From NCBI RefSeq assembly GCF_006345805.1, contig NC_043011.1:27106464-27170463 (forward strand): a stretch of 64,000 bases of DNA, in the 5' to 3' direction. Within the stretch, counting starts at the first letter, position 1. Each line of letters starts with the position of its first letter. This stretch comes from Octopus sinensis. Taxonomy: Eukaryota. Under the pieces are notes generated by a model that saw only the letters and a list, made by a program, of their open reading frames with translations, ran no database searches and was not told the origin of the DNA. Shown here in pieces: positions 24,823-38,826 of the stretch. The translations under genes and the position numbers were made by a program.

Positions 24823-25599
24823 AGTATACGGTAAACGAAGTAAAATAGTTGCAACTAGAAAGAGGCAGATATTAGCTGATGATGTACCCGGTTTCAATTT
24901 CTGTTCGAGAACATTTCATTTCGTTTACACGTCTAATGACAATCGGTGTTGGCTTGTTTACATCCGCTTAAAAATGGACGGCATTTCGTCCGTCTTTATG
25001 TTCTAAGTTCAAATACCGACTTTGCCTTTCATCCTTCAGGATCGATAAAATAAATACCGGCATAAATGACGCACTTTTCCAGTTACTTTCCTATTATCGA
25101 CAACCAATTAATACATAAAACAATTAATCTTTGGTTGAACTCCTTGCCCGTTTTATCTCCATGAGGTAGTCTGCTGACCAACTACTGCAGTCGTCTCACG
25201 AATGTAATAATTTTATTAATAATTTTGTACATATATCATTGGTTGTCAATAATAGTTAAGTACCGATTTCCATTCCTTTTCCTTAAAAATAGACCAAAAC
25301 CAGAAAATGTTTGGTACTGACAAGAGTCATACCAATTTCAGAGTACGATTATGAACAACCATCAGCTAGTAATCACACACCTTATCTATTCAGCTTATAT
25401 ACGATGCCTGTATATTAATATAAGAGGATGGTGGAGTTGTAGAAACAGTGTAACAAACCGTCACTTACTAGGCAATATAGTTTCGTAGCAGACACCATAC
25501 TTTTGCTCATTGCATAATTGCTTTAGGTGACTATGTGATATTAAGCAGATAAAGACACCTCTTCACATTTGACTCAGCAGAACATCCAGGATGTGACAG

Positions 25600-25602
<3 letters not shown>

Positions 25603-25683
<81 letters not shown>

Positions 25684-25800
25684 ACACACACACACACACA
25701 CACATACAGAGAGAGACACACACACATACAGAGAGAGAGACACACACACACATTCAGAGAGAAAGAGAGAGATTGATGAAGAGAGAAAGAGAGAGAGAGA
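25603..25800. repeat. (GA)n/(CA)n compound microsatellite
   Basis: Visible array; source of the ERERE/SLSLS ORFs. Confidence 0.95.
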
Positions 25801-26528
25801 TGTCTGCACAAATAATCGGTCGGTATAGTACTACAGCAGAGCTGAGTGGTGCAACGTGCAAAGGGACAGCGCATTGCACAATCCAAGAATTGAAACCTCA
25901 ATCTTTTGAACATAAGCCGAACACCATAACATAACTACTAAGCCGCGCGCATTTTCTGTATAAACAAGCATATTGCAGTATTAAGTTCCGTTTAACTTCT
26001 TTTCTAGGTTCAAATCTCAAGGCGGTAAACTTTGTCTTTCATCTCTGTGGGATCGATAAAATAAGTTATCAATCTTATGTTGTGTCAAATGTAATATATC
26101 CTTTCTTGTGGCCTTACGCCAGCACTTACAATATTAGGAAAATAAACATTTCTGCTGCGGTTTCGAGAATTACAATCACGATAGATAATTGTTGATAGAT
26201 AATTTTCATCATTTTCATCTTTTATAAGTTGGATGTAACATTTTATCTTGGAACTTACAATATCTTTGTCATGACAATCACCAGAAATACTATGAAGATA
26301 TACAGAAGAAAATTACTCAATTATATTCTTCTTTTATTTTTGAAGCATCTTTGATGTGATTTAAAGAAGAGCTGGAATTCATGTGCTGCTATTACTAATT
26401 TCTGTTCAGTCTCTCTTCGTGTTCTTTGATTACGCGCCAACTCATCTATTCGTCTCATATCTGTCTGTATATCGAACACACACACACACACGCTCACACA
26501 TACATATATACGTATATACACATACATA

Positions 26529-26589
<61 letters not shown>

Positions 26590-26610
26590 ATGTATGTTTG
26601 CATGAGTGGT

Positions 26611-26649
<39 letters not shown>

Positions 26650-26685
26650 ACTCATGCAAACATACATGCATATATATATATATAT

Positions 26686-26717
<32 letters not shown>

Positions 26718-27484
26718 ATATATATATATGTACACACTCACACACATCCACGTACACGTAGACACACTCGCACATACGCACATATTGTATGTCTTTGTTC
26801 GTTTAAAAGAACATACGATACCAAGGGCAAAATGCTATCTAGTATAAAGCGATGATGTGTATATTGATAATCTGCCATTATTCAATTAATAATATCGATT
26901 CATTTATCAGTGGTGTCTATGTTGTACCTAAATCTAAGTCTCTCATATCAAAATAATAGGTGTGATTCACTTTGATTTTGACCTTTGTCGCTTGTTAGTC
27001 TCTAAAGAGAATCTTTCTCTATTTTGCTTGACGAAGCATTCTTTCTCAGGAAGAAATGCCAAGATAAGTATATCTTCTGCGGATCATTAAAAGTCTTAAA
27101 TTAATCTGAAGCAAAAAAAGTGATGAAGTATTTGTGCAGTACAAGTATTAAAGTTGGTGGCCAACAGGCAAATATTGAATTTCTAGGGTGTTAGCAATTA
27201 ACTCTAGACTCTTATGTAGCATCATTATAATTACTGCTCGTTATATCTTTATGGGGGACATTTTGAATAACGGTGTTATAAAAATAGATCACTATTTAAC
27301 ATACATCTGTATAAGAATTATCTAATTTTAATATAGTTAACTTACTATTTTCACTGATTCGATTTGAGGTTTCAGTTTTTTAATTCTTGATTTCTTGCTA
27401 AGGTATGCAGAAAAATTGCGAAGGTAGCAATATTCTTCATGCTATATTTTAGGAATTACAAGAACCGAAGAAAATTCAAATATT

Positions 27485-27890
27485 AGGTGTAGTCATGGTT
27501 GCGTAGTTAAGAGAATCTCTTTGTAACCATGTGGTTTTGTGTTCAGTCCTACTCCGCGACACATCAGGAAAATGTCTTTTTCTATAAACCTAGATTAACA
27601 AATGGTTTGTGAGTAAATTTAGTATACAGAAATAGTGTGTGTCTTTTCGATTGCGTTTGGTCAACCCTAGCTCACTTTTTGACAATCGGTGATGGTTTGT
27701 TTACGTCCGCGTAAAAATGGACGGCATTTCGTCCGTCTTTATGTTCTGAGATCAAATATCGCCGAGGTCGACTTTGCCTTTCATTCTTCGGGATCGATAA
27801 AATAAATACCAGTCAAGTACTTGAGTCGATGTAATCGATTTACCTCCTCCCCCGAAATTGCTGGTTTTGTGTCAAAACTTGAAATCAATA
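27485..27890 (+). mobile_element. Old chimeric A/B SINE (paralogue at ~24946-25070)
   Basis: Degenerate A head, then gacaatcggtg..gtttac.tccgc.taaaaatggacggcatttcgtccgtctttatgttct, then B core. Confidence 0.65.
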
Positions 27891-28329
27891 CAGGGCGCAG
27901 GAGCGATATTCCTGCTTAAATGGAATAAAATGTTTGAATCTGCAAAGATGAAATGCAATGCTAACATCGGCGGGCTGTGAACGCAGAACGCAAAGGGCCG
28001 TAACTAGATACCATGAAGCATTTTGTCAGACACTCATTTCAGCCATTCCATGTTAATATATGAGCAGAGGAGAGGCAGTCGATTATATCTACCCTAGTAC
28101 TTGACTGGTACTTCATTTTATTGATCTCGTAATCGCAGAAAATATAGGTTATAATGATATACCCCGCAAAGCATTTATGTTCTACCGGTCTTGCCATTTC
28201 ACTGACTCTTTAATTTCAAGAATATGGAGAATAATATTGATTCTTTTACGCTTTACTTAACATGACGACATTGCCTTTAAAGTGTTATTCACAAAACAGA
28301 GCAAATTATGGTGCTTTATCTTATATCTT

Positions 28330-28690
28330 CACTTATCTTTTACCTTTCACTTGTTTTATTCTTTGGATTGAGGCAATTCTGGGACTCTGCCTTAAAGGGT
28401 TCAGTCGAACAAATTGAGTTTAGTACTTATTTTGAAGTCCGGTAAATGTCCTATCGATCTATTAGGCTGAAGCGATAAATTGTCAAGCGGTTGTGAGAGA
28501 CAAACACAAACTAAAAAACAGACAGACACACACAGAGTAGGTTTCTTTCAGTTTCCGCCTGTCAAATCAACTCACAAAGCTTTGGCCGGCTCGGGTCTAT
28601 AGTTGAAGACATTTGCCTAAGGTGCCGCGCAGAAGTGAACCCAGGGCCATATGATTGGGAAGAAAACTTCTTAACCATTCAGCCATCCCT
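28330..28690 (-). mobile_element. Highly diverged SINE family A
   Basis: ggtttctttcagtttccgcctgtcaaatcaactcacaaagctttggccggc...gacatttgcctaaggtgccgcgcag. Confidence 0.65.
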
Positions 28691-30195
28691 GTACCTATAA
28701 ATCGATTTTTTATAGAAATGAATTTCATCATTGAATCTTCAAAAGAAAGCATATTCTTACATTTTCTGGGACATTTTAAAATCAGATGGCTGAAATAAAT
28801 GAATAGGGTCAATACATAACACGTAAATTTTGAATAATTTATGTTTTCGATATTTGTGTTTGAAAAATTTGAGGTCCATGTATCATATGGACAGGAACAT
28901 CGGAAAGTAGAAGTGTTCAGCAGGGCTGCTACTCTAGAAGTGAGCGGAGAACATAATTTATTGCTTAGGGTAAAAAGTTTAGCGATAAAAGAAGGGAAAC
29001 AGCAGTAGCAGAAGTCAAGCCTGGTCGAAAATAACTGTGATCAAAGAGACTCCCACCGTGGCCTTTCCGCATTTGTTCAGACACAATATATAAATAACTA
29101 CATTACTTTATATATCATACTCTTTCTCTCTTTTTAGTAAAAAGACTAAAGGGCGATATAGTTGGTAGGTCTTTGGCTTGGGTCTGCATTAATGATGAGA
29201 TCCACTAAACTATCTTTGACCTCGACACACTACATAAAGAAGGCGATACCTTGGTTCGTTCTATGGATCTTGGAACCACATGAATCATTAAAATTACGTT
29301 TTTCGTTTCGTGAAAATCAATGGAAAAGGAAAACTCTATAAACTGATGTTCCTATCCGAGATGATTGATGTCTCTCAATCACGTAAAAACTCGATCTTGT
29401 AAAATCTAGGAGAAACATCATCAATAAATGCAAAAGTCTATGAGCGGAAACCCCGAAAACATCCTACAACGGGTTCGTGCCAATCTTGTCTTCAACAATA
29501 AACGACACAATTTCAACAGATGTTGCTCACATTTAAATGTTGTGAAGTGCGAATATTTTTTTGTGGATATGTGTAGGGGTTGAATTTTTATTTATGAAAG
29601 ATACACAACCTCGTTGAAGAATACATATTAATATGACTCACGTTGGAGGATGGCTTCAGGAAAATAATACGATAAAACAAATTCCGTTAAAAAATTCCAA
29701 TCAACTGTAAAAATTTCAGATCACTCAAGGGAAGCAGATTTGAACCATTAAAATTGTTTCAAGAATTTAAAACTGGTCGTAGATAGTGTTCTGCTTGCCG
29801 ATAACTTACTGTTGTTATAAGATCTCTCACAACGCCATATTAATACAGGGAGCAAAAAAAAAAAACTTCCCAGATTCACCCTTCTTGATAAACAGCAAAC
29901 GCATGGGGTACATCGGTTCAAATCATGATGGCAACTGAACAAAAAACAAACAAAAAAGTAGTAAAGCATTCGCTGCGAGGAGACAACGTCACTATCGGTG
30001 TATTTTCTCTTGCGACAGGGTGCAGCATAAAAACGTTTGGGAGGTTTTTCTGCCGCATCCTGTAATTTTCAACCACAGCATAAGGTTTCTCGTTCAGAGA
30101 GAGAAGGGTAAATCTATTTAACCAACATCAGCATGTTACTGGAAAATATATTTATCGATCTTCTAAGTAATGGAAGATATCGTCCATCTTGTACT

Positions 30196-30452
30196 AGGAT
30201 AAAATTCCACCGGACAAGACCGTCCCCAGACAAAATCCTTCCGAACAAAATCCCCCCAAAGTCAATATCCCGGGGGATATTGCTCTTTCTTCACAATAAG
30301 TATATTTTACAGAAGTGAAATTTTATAAAAAAAAAGTTACAATATTTATTATTGATTAGAACAATGACAATTTTGTCCTCGGGGGATTTTGTCCTCGGGG
30401 GGATTTTGTTCTCGGGGTATTTTGTTCTCGGGGGGATTTTGTCCTGAGACCC
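30196..30452. mobile_element. MITE-like element with inverted arrays of ~15-bp subrepeats
   Basis: Left (g)gacaaaatccc-type repeats at 30196-30256; right (gggggattttgtcctc)-type repeats at 30370-30452. Confidence 0.7.
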
Positions 30453-30938
30453 GTCAACCACGACAGGATTTCGGTTTTGAACTTTAGGAAACGCTATTAT
30501 TGTCGTTTGTAATACTGGCGGTTAGCCCAACATCATTCCTGAGTGAACAACCACATATGTTGATGAAAGGCTTTCCAGCATGATCATCCCGTCTGTCTCT
30601 ACGATCCGATTATACACCTAAGACACTAGTTGGTGCTTTGAGGAAGATTTGATTGTTATATGTAGCATGTAAAGACTTCTGCAAGGAAACAACTAGATAC
30701 TATAATGCAGACACGGGCAACCTTTCTCGAGAAGCAGGCCGCATGAAACATGGTTCATTATCAAGTGGGCCGCACTACTAAAGATATGTAGGTGTGTCAT
30801 TCAAAAAGTCCCACAGACAACACTTTGCCTATAACTGCTCTAGCGTATATATTTCTGCGCTGTAGCATTTGTTTGATAATTGTTTTGCATTTAAATACAT
30901 TACTCCACTCAGCGTTAGAACTGCAATACAAGAATATT

Positions 30939-31104
30939 AGGCGTGGGAGTGCCTGTGTGGTAAGTAGCTTGCTTACGAACCACATGGTTCCGGGTTCTGT
31001 CCCACTGCGTGGCATCTTGGACAAGTGTCTTCTACTATAGCCTCGGGCCGGCCAAAGCCTTGTGAGTAGATTTGGTAGACGGAAACTGAAAGAAGCCCGT
31101 CGTA

Positions 31105-31145
<41 letters not shown>

Positions 31146-31363
31146 ATATATGTTTGTGCGTCTGTGTTTGTCCCCCCAACATCGCTTGTCAACCGATGCT
31201 GGTGTTTTTACGTCCTCGTAACTTAGCGGTTCAGCAAAAGAGACCGATAGAATAAGTACTAGGCTTCCAAAGAATAAGTCCTGGGGTCGATTTGCTCGAC
31301 TAAAGGCGTTGCTCCAGCATGGCCACAGTCAACTGTCTGAAACAAGTAAAAGAGTAAAAGAGA
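30939..31363 (+). mobile_element. SINE family A, full length
   Basis: Complete head, (TA)n tract and tail. Confidence 0.92.
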
Positions 31364-32253
31364 GTGCTCAGTATGAACTCTTTAGCAATGCACTGCTATG
31401 AGAAATTTGCTATGAGAAATATACACAGGTCAGCCGACTAGGAAAAACATTCCATCGACCGGCTCTATACTAATAAGAGACATAACACTGTTGAACACCC
31501 GAACGCTATGCGGAATTGAGATGGGATTCAGCCAGACAAAGCCGAATTAGCACAACTAGATGGAGAGGATACTGAAATTGTTGAGCTGCTCGCGATACTA
31601 ACGCTCAGCCTATAAGAAATAGCAGCTGTTTTCTCTCTGAAACCACAACGTTACTGAAAGGATGAAAGGACGTACTGAGTATTTTAATTGCAGATACATA
31701 CACAATATCTGGGGGTGGGGGAGATAGTGGGATGATTACAGTTGGACTATTTTGATCTTAGTGACAGTCGATTAAGGCTGATATATAGTGTTAAACAATA
31801 ACAACAACAACAACAACAACAACAACAAAATCCTATGCAAACATCTATATAATCCAAGCATTCTCAACACAAGCTAAATAAATAAAAGCTTAACTTGTTG
31901 CTCGAATGAATGAAATTCCAAGGAAGGAATTTATTATTAATTCTGGAATGAATGGAATGGTCTGAATAGAATATGCAACACATAAATGTGTAGGAATGTA
32001 GAATTGGTGTCGCTGCATAGGCTATTTCCCCCGTTCTCTTTTTATGGAGCTAATCGATATCTGTCTGGCACTACTTAAGAGCATTTTATCATAATCATTT
32101 TCATAACTACTGTTCGATTAGTCATACTAGTCAAACAGAGCACAAAACAGCTTATGCTGTCAGTCTTATGTAGACATGTGAGCATGAATGAATGCGCATA
32201 AGGTATGTACGCTTGTCAACAAGCCATTAAGTACATATATTAAATACTTCTAT

Positions 32254-32287
<34 letters not shown>

Positions 32288-32289
32288 CT

Positions 32290-32491
32290 AAACCGTAAAC
32301 AACATGAAATACGAAAACAAATGAGTTGAGTACGCAAACAACGCAAACAGTGCTCGAAATGAGAAGTAAAGGAACAGCCGACAACTGATGAAGGGTCGTT
32401 CTTTATGTTACTTGGCCTGTTTTCCATTTATTTCCCTCGTCTCTTGCGTACCCAACTCATTTCTTTTCGTATTTCATGTTGTTTACGTTTT
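32290..32491. mobile_element. ~200-bp MITE-like element with ~48-bp inverted termini
   Basis: aaaccgtaaacaacatgaaatacgaaaacaaatgagttgagtacgcaa pairs with ttgcgtacccaactcatttcttttcgtatttcatgttgtttacgtttt. Confidence 0.8.
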
Positions 32492-32515
32492 GTGACGTCC
32501 TGTACCCATTTCGTT

Positions 32516-32569
<54 letters not shown>

Positions 32570-32759
32570 GTGTGTGTGTGTGTGTATGTGTGTATGTGTG
32601 TGTGTGTGTATGTGTATGTGTGTGCGCGTGTGTGTATGTGTGTGTGTGTGTGTTTGTGAGTGTGTGTGTGTGTATGTGCGTTCGTATATATGTTTATATA
32701 TTATTTATATTATTTGATTGAACGCCACGCATCCATTTCCAAGTAAGTTATATTATTAT

Positions 32760-33340
32760 AATTATTTCCAATTTGGCACAAGGCCAGCAATTTTGAGGTG
32801 TAGAGAGGGAAAAATTAATTATATCAACACAAGAGCTCAACTTGTTCTTATTTTATCGATCCCAAAAGGATAAAATGCAAAGTCGAACTCGGTGGAATTA
32901 AAACGAAATACCGCCAAGTATTTCGTCTGGTGCTCGCCGCTTTATATTTCTTGCTACAGTAGGCACAAGACCCCAAATTTCTAAATTTGGTTCAAGGCCA
33001 ATAAAAATTTCAAGGAGAGGAGGAAGACGATTACATTGACTCTAATTTTTGATTAGTATTTATTTTATCAACCTCGAAAGGATGAAAGGTAAAGTCACCT
33101 GAGCGGAATTTGAATTCAGGACATAAAGCATTTCTTCCGACTAGGTAGCGATTCTGCATGTTCGCCACCTTATGTAGTGGTTTCAAATTCTGGCACAAGG
33201 CCAGCAGTTTTAAGATGGGGTAATTCGATTGCATGGACTTCGGTATTTAACTGGTACTTATTTTTATCGACCCTGAAGGAATGAAAGGTGCAGTCTACTT
33301 CGGTGGCCTTTGAACACAGAACGTAAAGTCACCGGAAAAA
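32760..33340. mobile_element. Cluster of degenerate family-B SINE fragments
   Basis: Repeated ggcacaaggccagca, ttttatcga.cc.gaaagga, ggaatttgaa motifs. Confidence 0.65.
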
Positions 33341-33813
33341 ATTCCGCTTAACATTTTGTCCTTGCAGTAACACCTTCAAAGTTTTGATAATACAAAAATT
33401 ACTGATAGAACGAGATGGGGAAACGGTCAAAAGTAACAGGTGCAAATAACCTCATATATACTTTGCAGTTTCTGTTGCAAGAAACCTTGAAAAAAAAAAA
33501 AATAAAAGATTCTTGTGATTTAAGGAGACTTTTTAGCGAAGCTCAGGATAACATTCCTGCTAATTTAATTAGCTTTAAGAGCTAACGAAAGTGAAAAGCT
33601 GTGTAAAGTAGTAAAGAGACTAGTTGGATTCTTAACGAAAATCAATGTTGAGAAAATAACAGGTGCAAACGGCCTCATATCCTATGCAGATTCTCTTGCA
33701 AGAATCCTTAAAGAAAAAGAAAAAAAAAGACATTTTTGAGATTTGAGACTTATTAGCGACTAAGCTTAGGATAACATCCCTGCTAATTAAGTTAACATGT
33801 ATTAGTTTTTAAA

Positions 33814-33849
<36 letters not shown>

Positions 33850-34159
33850 TACTACTGCTGCTGCTGCTTATGATGATGATGGATTATAATGATATTGATT
33901 CTTTATTGGCCAAAATAGCTGCACACAAAACAAAAGGACGATCCAAAACAAGGGACAATGAGGGTTTTCGTAAAACGCGTGAAAACAAAACAAAAAAAAA
34001 AAACAATAACAATACAGCTATAAACAACGAAATTTCCTAATAGAGCGAACGCCACCGAGGGGCGAATAAGGAATCCCACAGATCCCAGGTCACTATGACT
34101 AATAATAACGACGACGACGACGACGACAACAACAACAGCAACAATAGTAGTAATGATAA

Positions 34160-34374
34160 TTCTGTCTAATTTAGGCACAACGCCTGAAATTTTGGGGCAG
34201 GTGGCTAGTCAATTACATCGACCCCAGTGAATGACTGCTACTTATTTTATCGACCCCGAAAGGAGGAACGGCAAAGTCGGCTTCGGTGGAATTTGAACTC
34301 AGAATGTGCAGCTGGATGAAATGTCGCTTAGCATCTTGCCCGGCGTGTCCAACGATTCCGTCAGTCCGCCATGA

Positions 34375-34460
<86 letters not shown>

Positions 34461-34720
34461 TATTATTATTATTAATAATAATATTAATAATAATAATAAT
34501 AATATTAATAATAATAATAATAATCCTTCCTACTAAAGGCACAAGGCCTGGAATTTTTGGGGAGGGGACAAGTCGATTACATCGATCCCAATGTTTCACT
34601 TGTACTTAATCCATCGACCCCGAAAGGATAAAAAGCAAAGTCGACCTCTGCAGAATTTGAACTCAGAACGTGCAGCTTGACGAAATGCCGCTAAGTACTA
34701 CGACCGGCGTGCAAATGATT

Positions 34721-34722
<2 letters not shown>
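34160..34722 (-). mobile_element. Two family-B SINEs separated by a long (ATT)n/(TAA)n tract
   Basis: Copies at ~34160-34370 and ~34522-34722. Confidence 0.85.
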
Positions 34723-34762
<40 letters not shown>

Positions 34763-34766
34763 ATTG

Positions 34767-35178
34767 CTTGACCATAATCATTTGAGCGTGTCCCTTAGTG
34801 GCTACGATATGTGTATTTCTGATCTCGAACAGGGATAGTGGGTAAGCATAATAGCCATGTACTAAGAGAGATTCTTTGGGGTTTGAATAATTCACCCCTG
34901 GAAACATGGATGTTTCGGTCATCCTCCTTTAAAAAATTATTATTCAGGGAAGTTTTGAGCAGGATGGGCTACTCGACCTGAAGAAAATTCTGATTGGACG
35001 GGCTCTATCTGCAAAGGTCATGCGCTGTTTCGTCTTAATATGGGGTCACCGTATCGCGCTCATATGCTTGTGATGTATGTGCCTGGTGTACCCTTAACAG
35101 ACGGATTGTCATGCTGAGTATATTCGGCTTCGTATATTTGTACCCCAGCGACTTTGATGGCGTGTTGCTCTCTCACTC

Positions 35179-35181
<3 letters not shown>
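34767..35181 (+). mobile_element. Family C, shorter copy
   Basis: Homologous to 11575-11984; same 3' junction ctctctcactcaa(taa)n. Confidence 0.75.
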
Positions 35182-35206
<25 letters not shown>

Positions 35207-35209
<3 letters not shown>

Positions 35210-35960
35210 GTTTCAAATTTTGACACAAGGTCAGTAATTTCGAGGGAGAGGATAAGTCAATTACATCCTACGAAAGGATGAAAGTTAAAGTTGACCTCAG
35301 CTCAATTTGAACTCAGAACGAAAGGATGGACAAAATGCTGCTGAGTATTTTGCCAGGTGTGCTAACCATCTCTGCCAGCTAGTGGAAGGTTCTAAGCACT
35401 TCAAAGACTGCTGCAAACTTGTGGATACATAATGTTACAGGTGGATACCTAATGTTACAACTTGTGGATACCTAATGTTACATTCGCTATCCACATAATT
35501 CCTAGCAAGAATATGATAGAACCTGAGCCAAAGCAAAATAATAATAATCCTTTCTACTACAGGGGGTGGGGGTAGTCGATCACAACTGGCATTTATTTCA
35601 TGGATCCCGAAAGGATGAAAGGCAAAGTCGACGTAGGCGGAATTTGAACTCAGAACGTAAAGACGGACGAAATATCACTAAGCATTTCACCCGGCGTGCT
35701 AACGACTCTGCCAGCTGGCCGTTTTTTAAATATTGTTTTTTTTTTTTTTAAATACAGGTTTGAAATTTTGGCACAAGGCCAGCAATTTCAGGGAAGACGT
35801 AAGTCGATTTATGGACTCCAGTACCCAACTGGTACTTATTTTATCAACTCCGAAAGGATGAAAGGCAAAGTCGACCTCGGTGAAATTTCAATTCAGAACG
35901 TGAAATGCTACTAAGCATTTCGTCTGGTGTGATAACAATTCTGCCAGTTCAACGCCTTAA
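35207..35960 (-). mobile_element. Three family-B SINE copies
   Basis: ~35207-35380, ~35545-35720 and ~35750-35960. Confidence 0.8.
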
Positions 35961-35994
35961 TAGTAATAATAATAATATAATAATAATGATGATG

Positions 35995-36038
<44 letters not shown>

Positions 36039-36039
<1 letters not shown>

Positions 36040-36368
36040 TTTTATAGGATTGAGTTAACTCCTCCAGTAGGTTTACAGAAGCAAAAAAAAAAAAAAGGAA
36101 GGGTGCCATTGTTATCAAGTGGACGATATTTCTAGTGTGACTTCCACAGGTTCAAAAAATAAACTTATCAATCTACTTCATTTTTGGTAATATTTTATGG
36201 GATATCGTTCACTTGATAAAAATGGAACTCTTCTTTTTTTGCTTCTGTATATCTACTGGAGGAAGTTACCTCAATACTATAAAATATTACCAAAAATGAA
36301 GTAGATTGACAAATTTATTTTTTGAACGTGAGGAAGGCACACTAGATGCCGAAATATCGTTCACTTGA
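36039..36368. repeat. Permuted inverted duplication (a-b / a'-b') of a Penelope pLTR-like unit
   Basis: 36045-36128 pairs with 36202-36278; 36132-36198 pairs with 36278-36344; atatcgttcacttgat is repeated at ~36202 and ~36354. Confidence 0.75.
36323..36363 (+). ncRNA. Minimal hammerhead motif (H5), C3G variant
   Basis: tgaac GTGAGGA a ggca-cactaga-tgcc GAAA TAT C gttca; stem I tgaac/gttca; palindromic stem III AUAU; AUC triplet. Confidence 0.6.
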
Positions 36369-36370
36369 TG

Positions 36371-36456
<86 letters not shown>

Positions 36457-36469
36457 AATAATAATAATA

Positions 36470-37348
<879 letters not shown>

Positions 37349-37349
37349 C

Positions 37350-37390
<41 letters not shown>

Positions 37391-37766
37391 CTCTATTTAT
37401 GGACCGGATATACGCTCACGCAAATAAATATGCTTTACATAACCATGCATGTATACAAATATATATATAGACACATATACATACATGAATACATGCACAT
37501 GTGCATATATACATACACACATACAGTCACGTAAAAACATACACACACAACATGTACGTGTAGAAGTAAATGTAATGAGGTGTCGGCAGGATCTGAGTGC
37601 TTTACAATTAATTATGTGAAGATTTACTAACGTGTATATAAATATAAAGACAAACAAATAATTATATATATCTTTGCATACATCCATATACATCATGCGT
37701 AAGTATAATATACATACATAGATATATATATATGTGTAGATAAATATATGTAGGTGTGTAAGTGTG

Positions 37767-37855
<89 letters not shown>

Positions 37856-38427
37856 CATATATGTATATATATGTATATATATATATATACATATGTATAT
37901 ACATACACACACATATATATATAGGTACACACACATGTATATCTGTATATGTATACTTTATGTATGTATCATATATGTATGTATATACACATGTAAATGT
38001 TTGTATGTGCGTATGTATATATTTATATATATAAATCTGTAAATGTGTATATACACACACGCACATACTTCTGTATGCTCAGATGCAATGTAACAAGTCT
38101 ATAACTGGTATACGTGTGCAGCATGTGTTTATAATTAGACAATGGTGGTTAATTAGTACTGCATTAACTAAAGCTGTAGATGTTACAGCTATGGTTACTT
38201 ACAGCCTTCTTCTTCTTCTCTTCTTCTTCTTCTTCTTCTTCTTCTTCTTCTTCTTCTTCTTCTCTCCTCCTCCTCCTCTTCTTCTTCTTCTTCTTCTTCT
38301 TCTTCTTCTTCTTCTTCTTCTTCTTCTTCTTTGTGTTTGTTTATAGAAAAAAAAACCCGTCTAGTTAATTACATTAATTAAGAAGACAAATTATACTGAA
38401 CAATTTTCTAATACAATGTTGCGTAAT

Positions 38428-38563
38428 TGCTTACCAACCACATGGTTCCGGGTTCAGTCACACTGCGTGGCACCTTGGGCAAGTGTTTTCTATATAGCCT
38501 CGGGCTGACCAAAACCTTGTGAGTGGATTTGGTAGGTGGAAACTGAAAAAAGCCCGTCGTATG

Positions 38564-38605
<42 letters not shown>

Positions 38606-38826
38606 TGTGTATGTTTGTGTGTCTGTGTTTGTCCCCCCCAACATCACTTGACAACCGATGCTGGTGTGTTTACGTCCCCGTAACTTAGCGGTTCGGCAAA
38701 AGAAACTGATAGAATAAGTACTAGGCTTCCAAAGAATAAGTCCTGGGGTCGATTTGCTCGACTAAAGGCGGTGCTCCAGCATGCCGCAGTCAAATGACTA
38801 AAACAAAAAAAAAAAAGAGTAAAGAG
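38428..38826 (+). mobile_element. SINE family A (5' end eroded)
   Basis: gcttaccaaccacatggttccgggttcagtc...tail. Confidence 0.88.

Noticed and set aside
30370-30452. Short regularly spaced repeats as a CRISPR-like array
   Set aside because: No unique spacers, eukaryotic context, no cas genes; also applies to 35416-35482.
32385-32440. CTGATGA inside a MITE as a hammerhead
   Set aside because: No downstream GAAA with closing stems on this strand.
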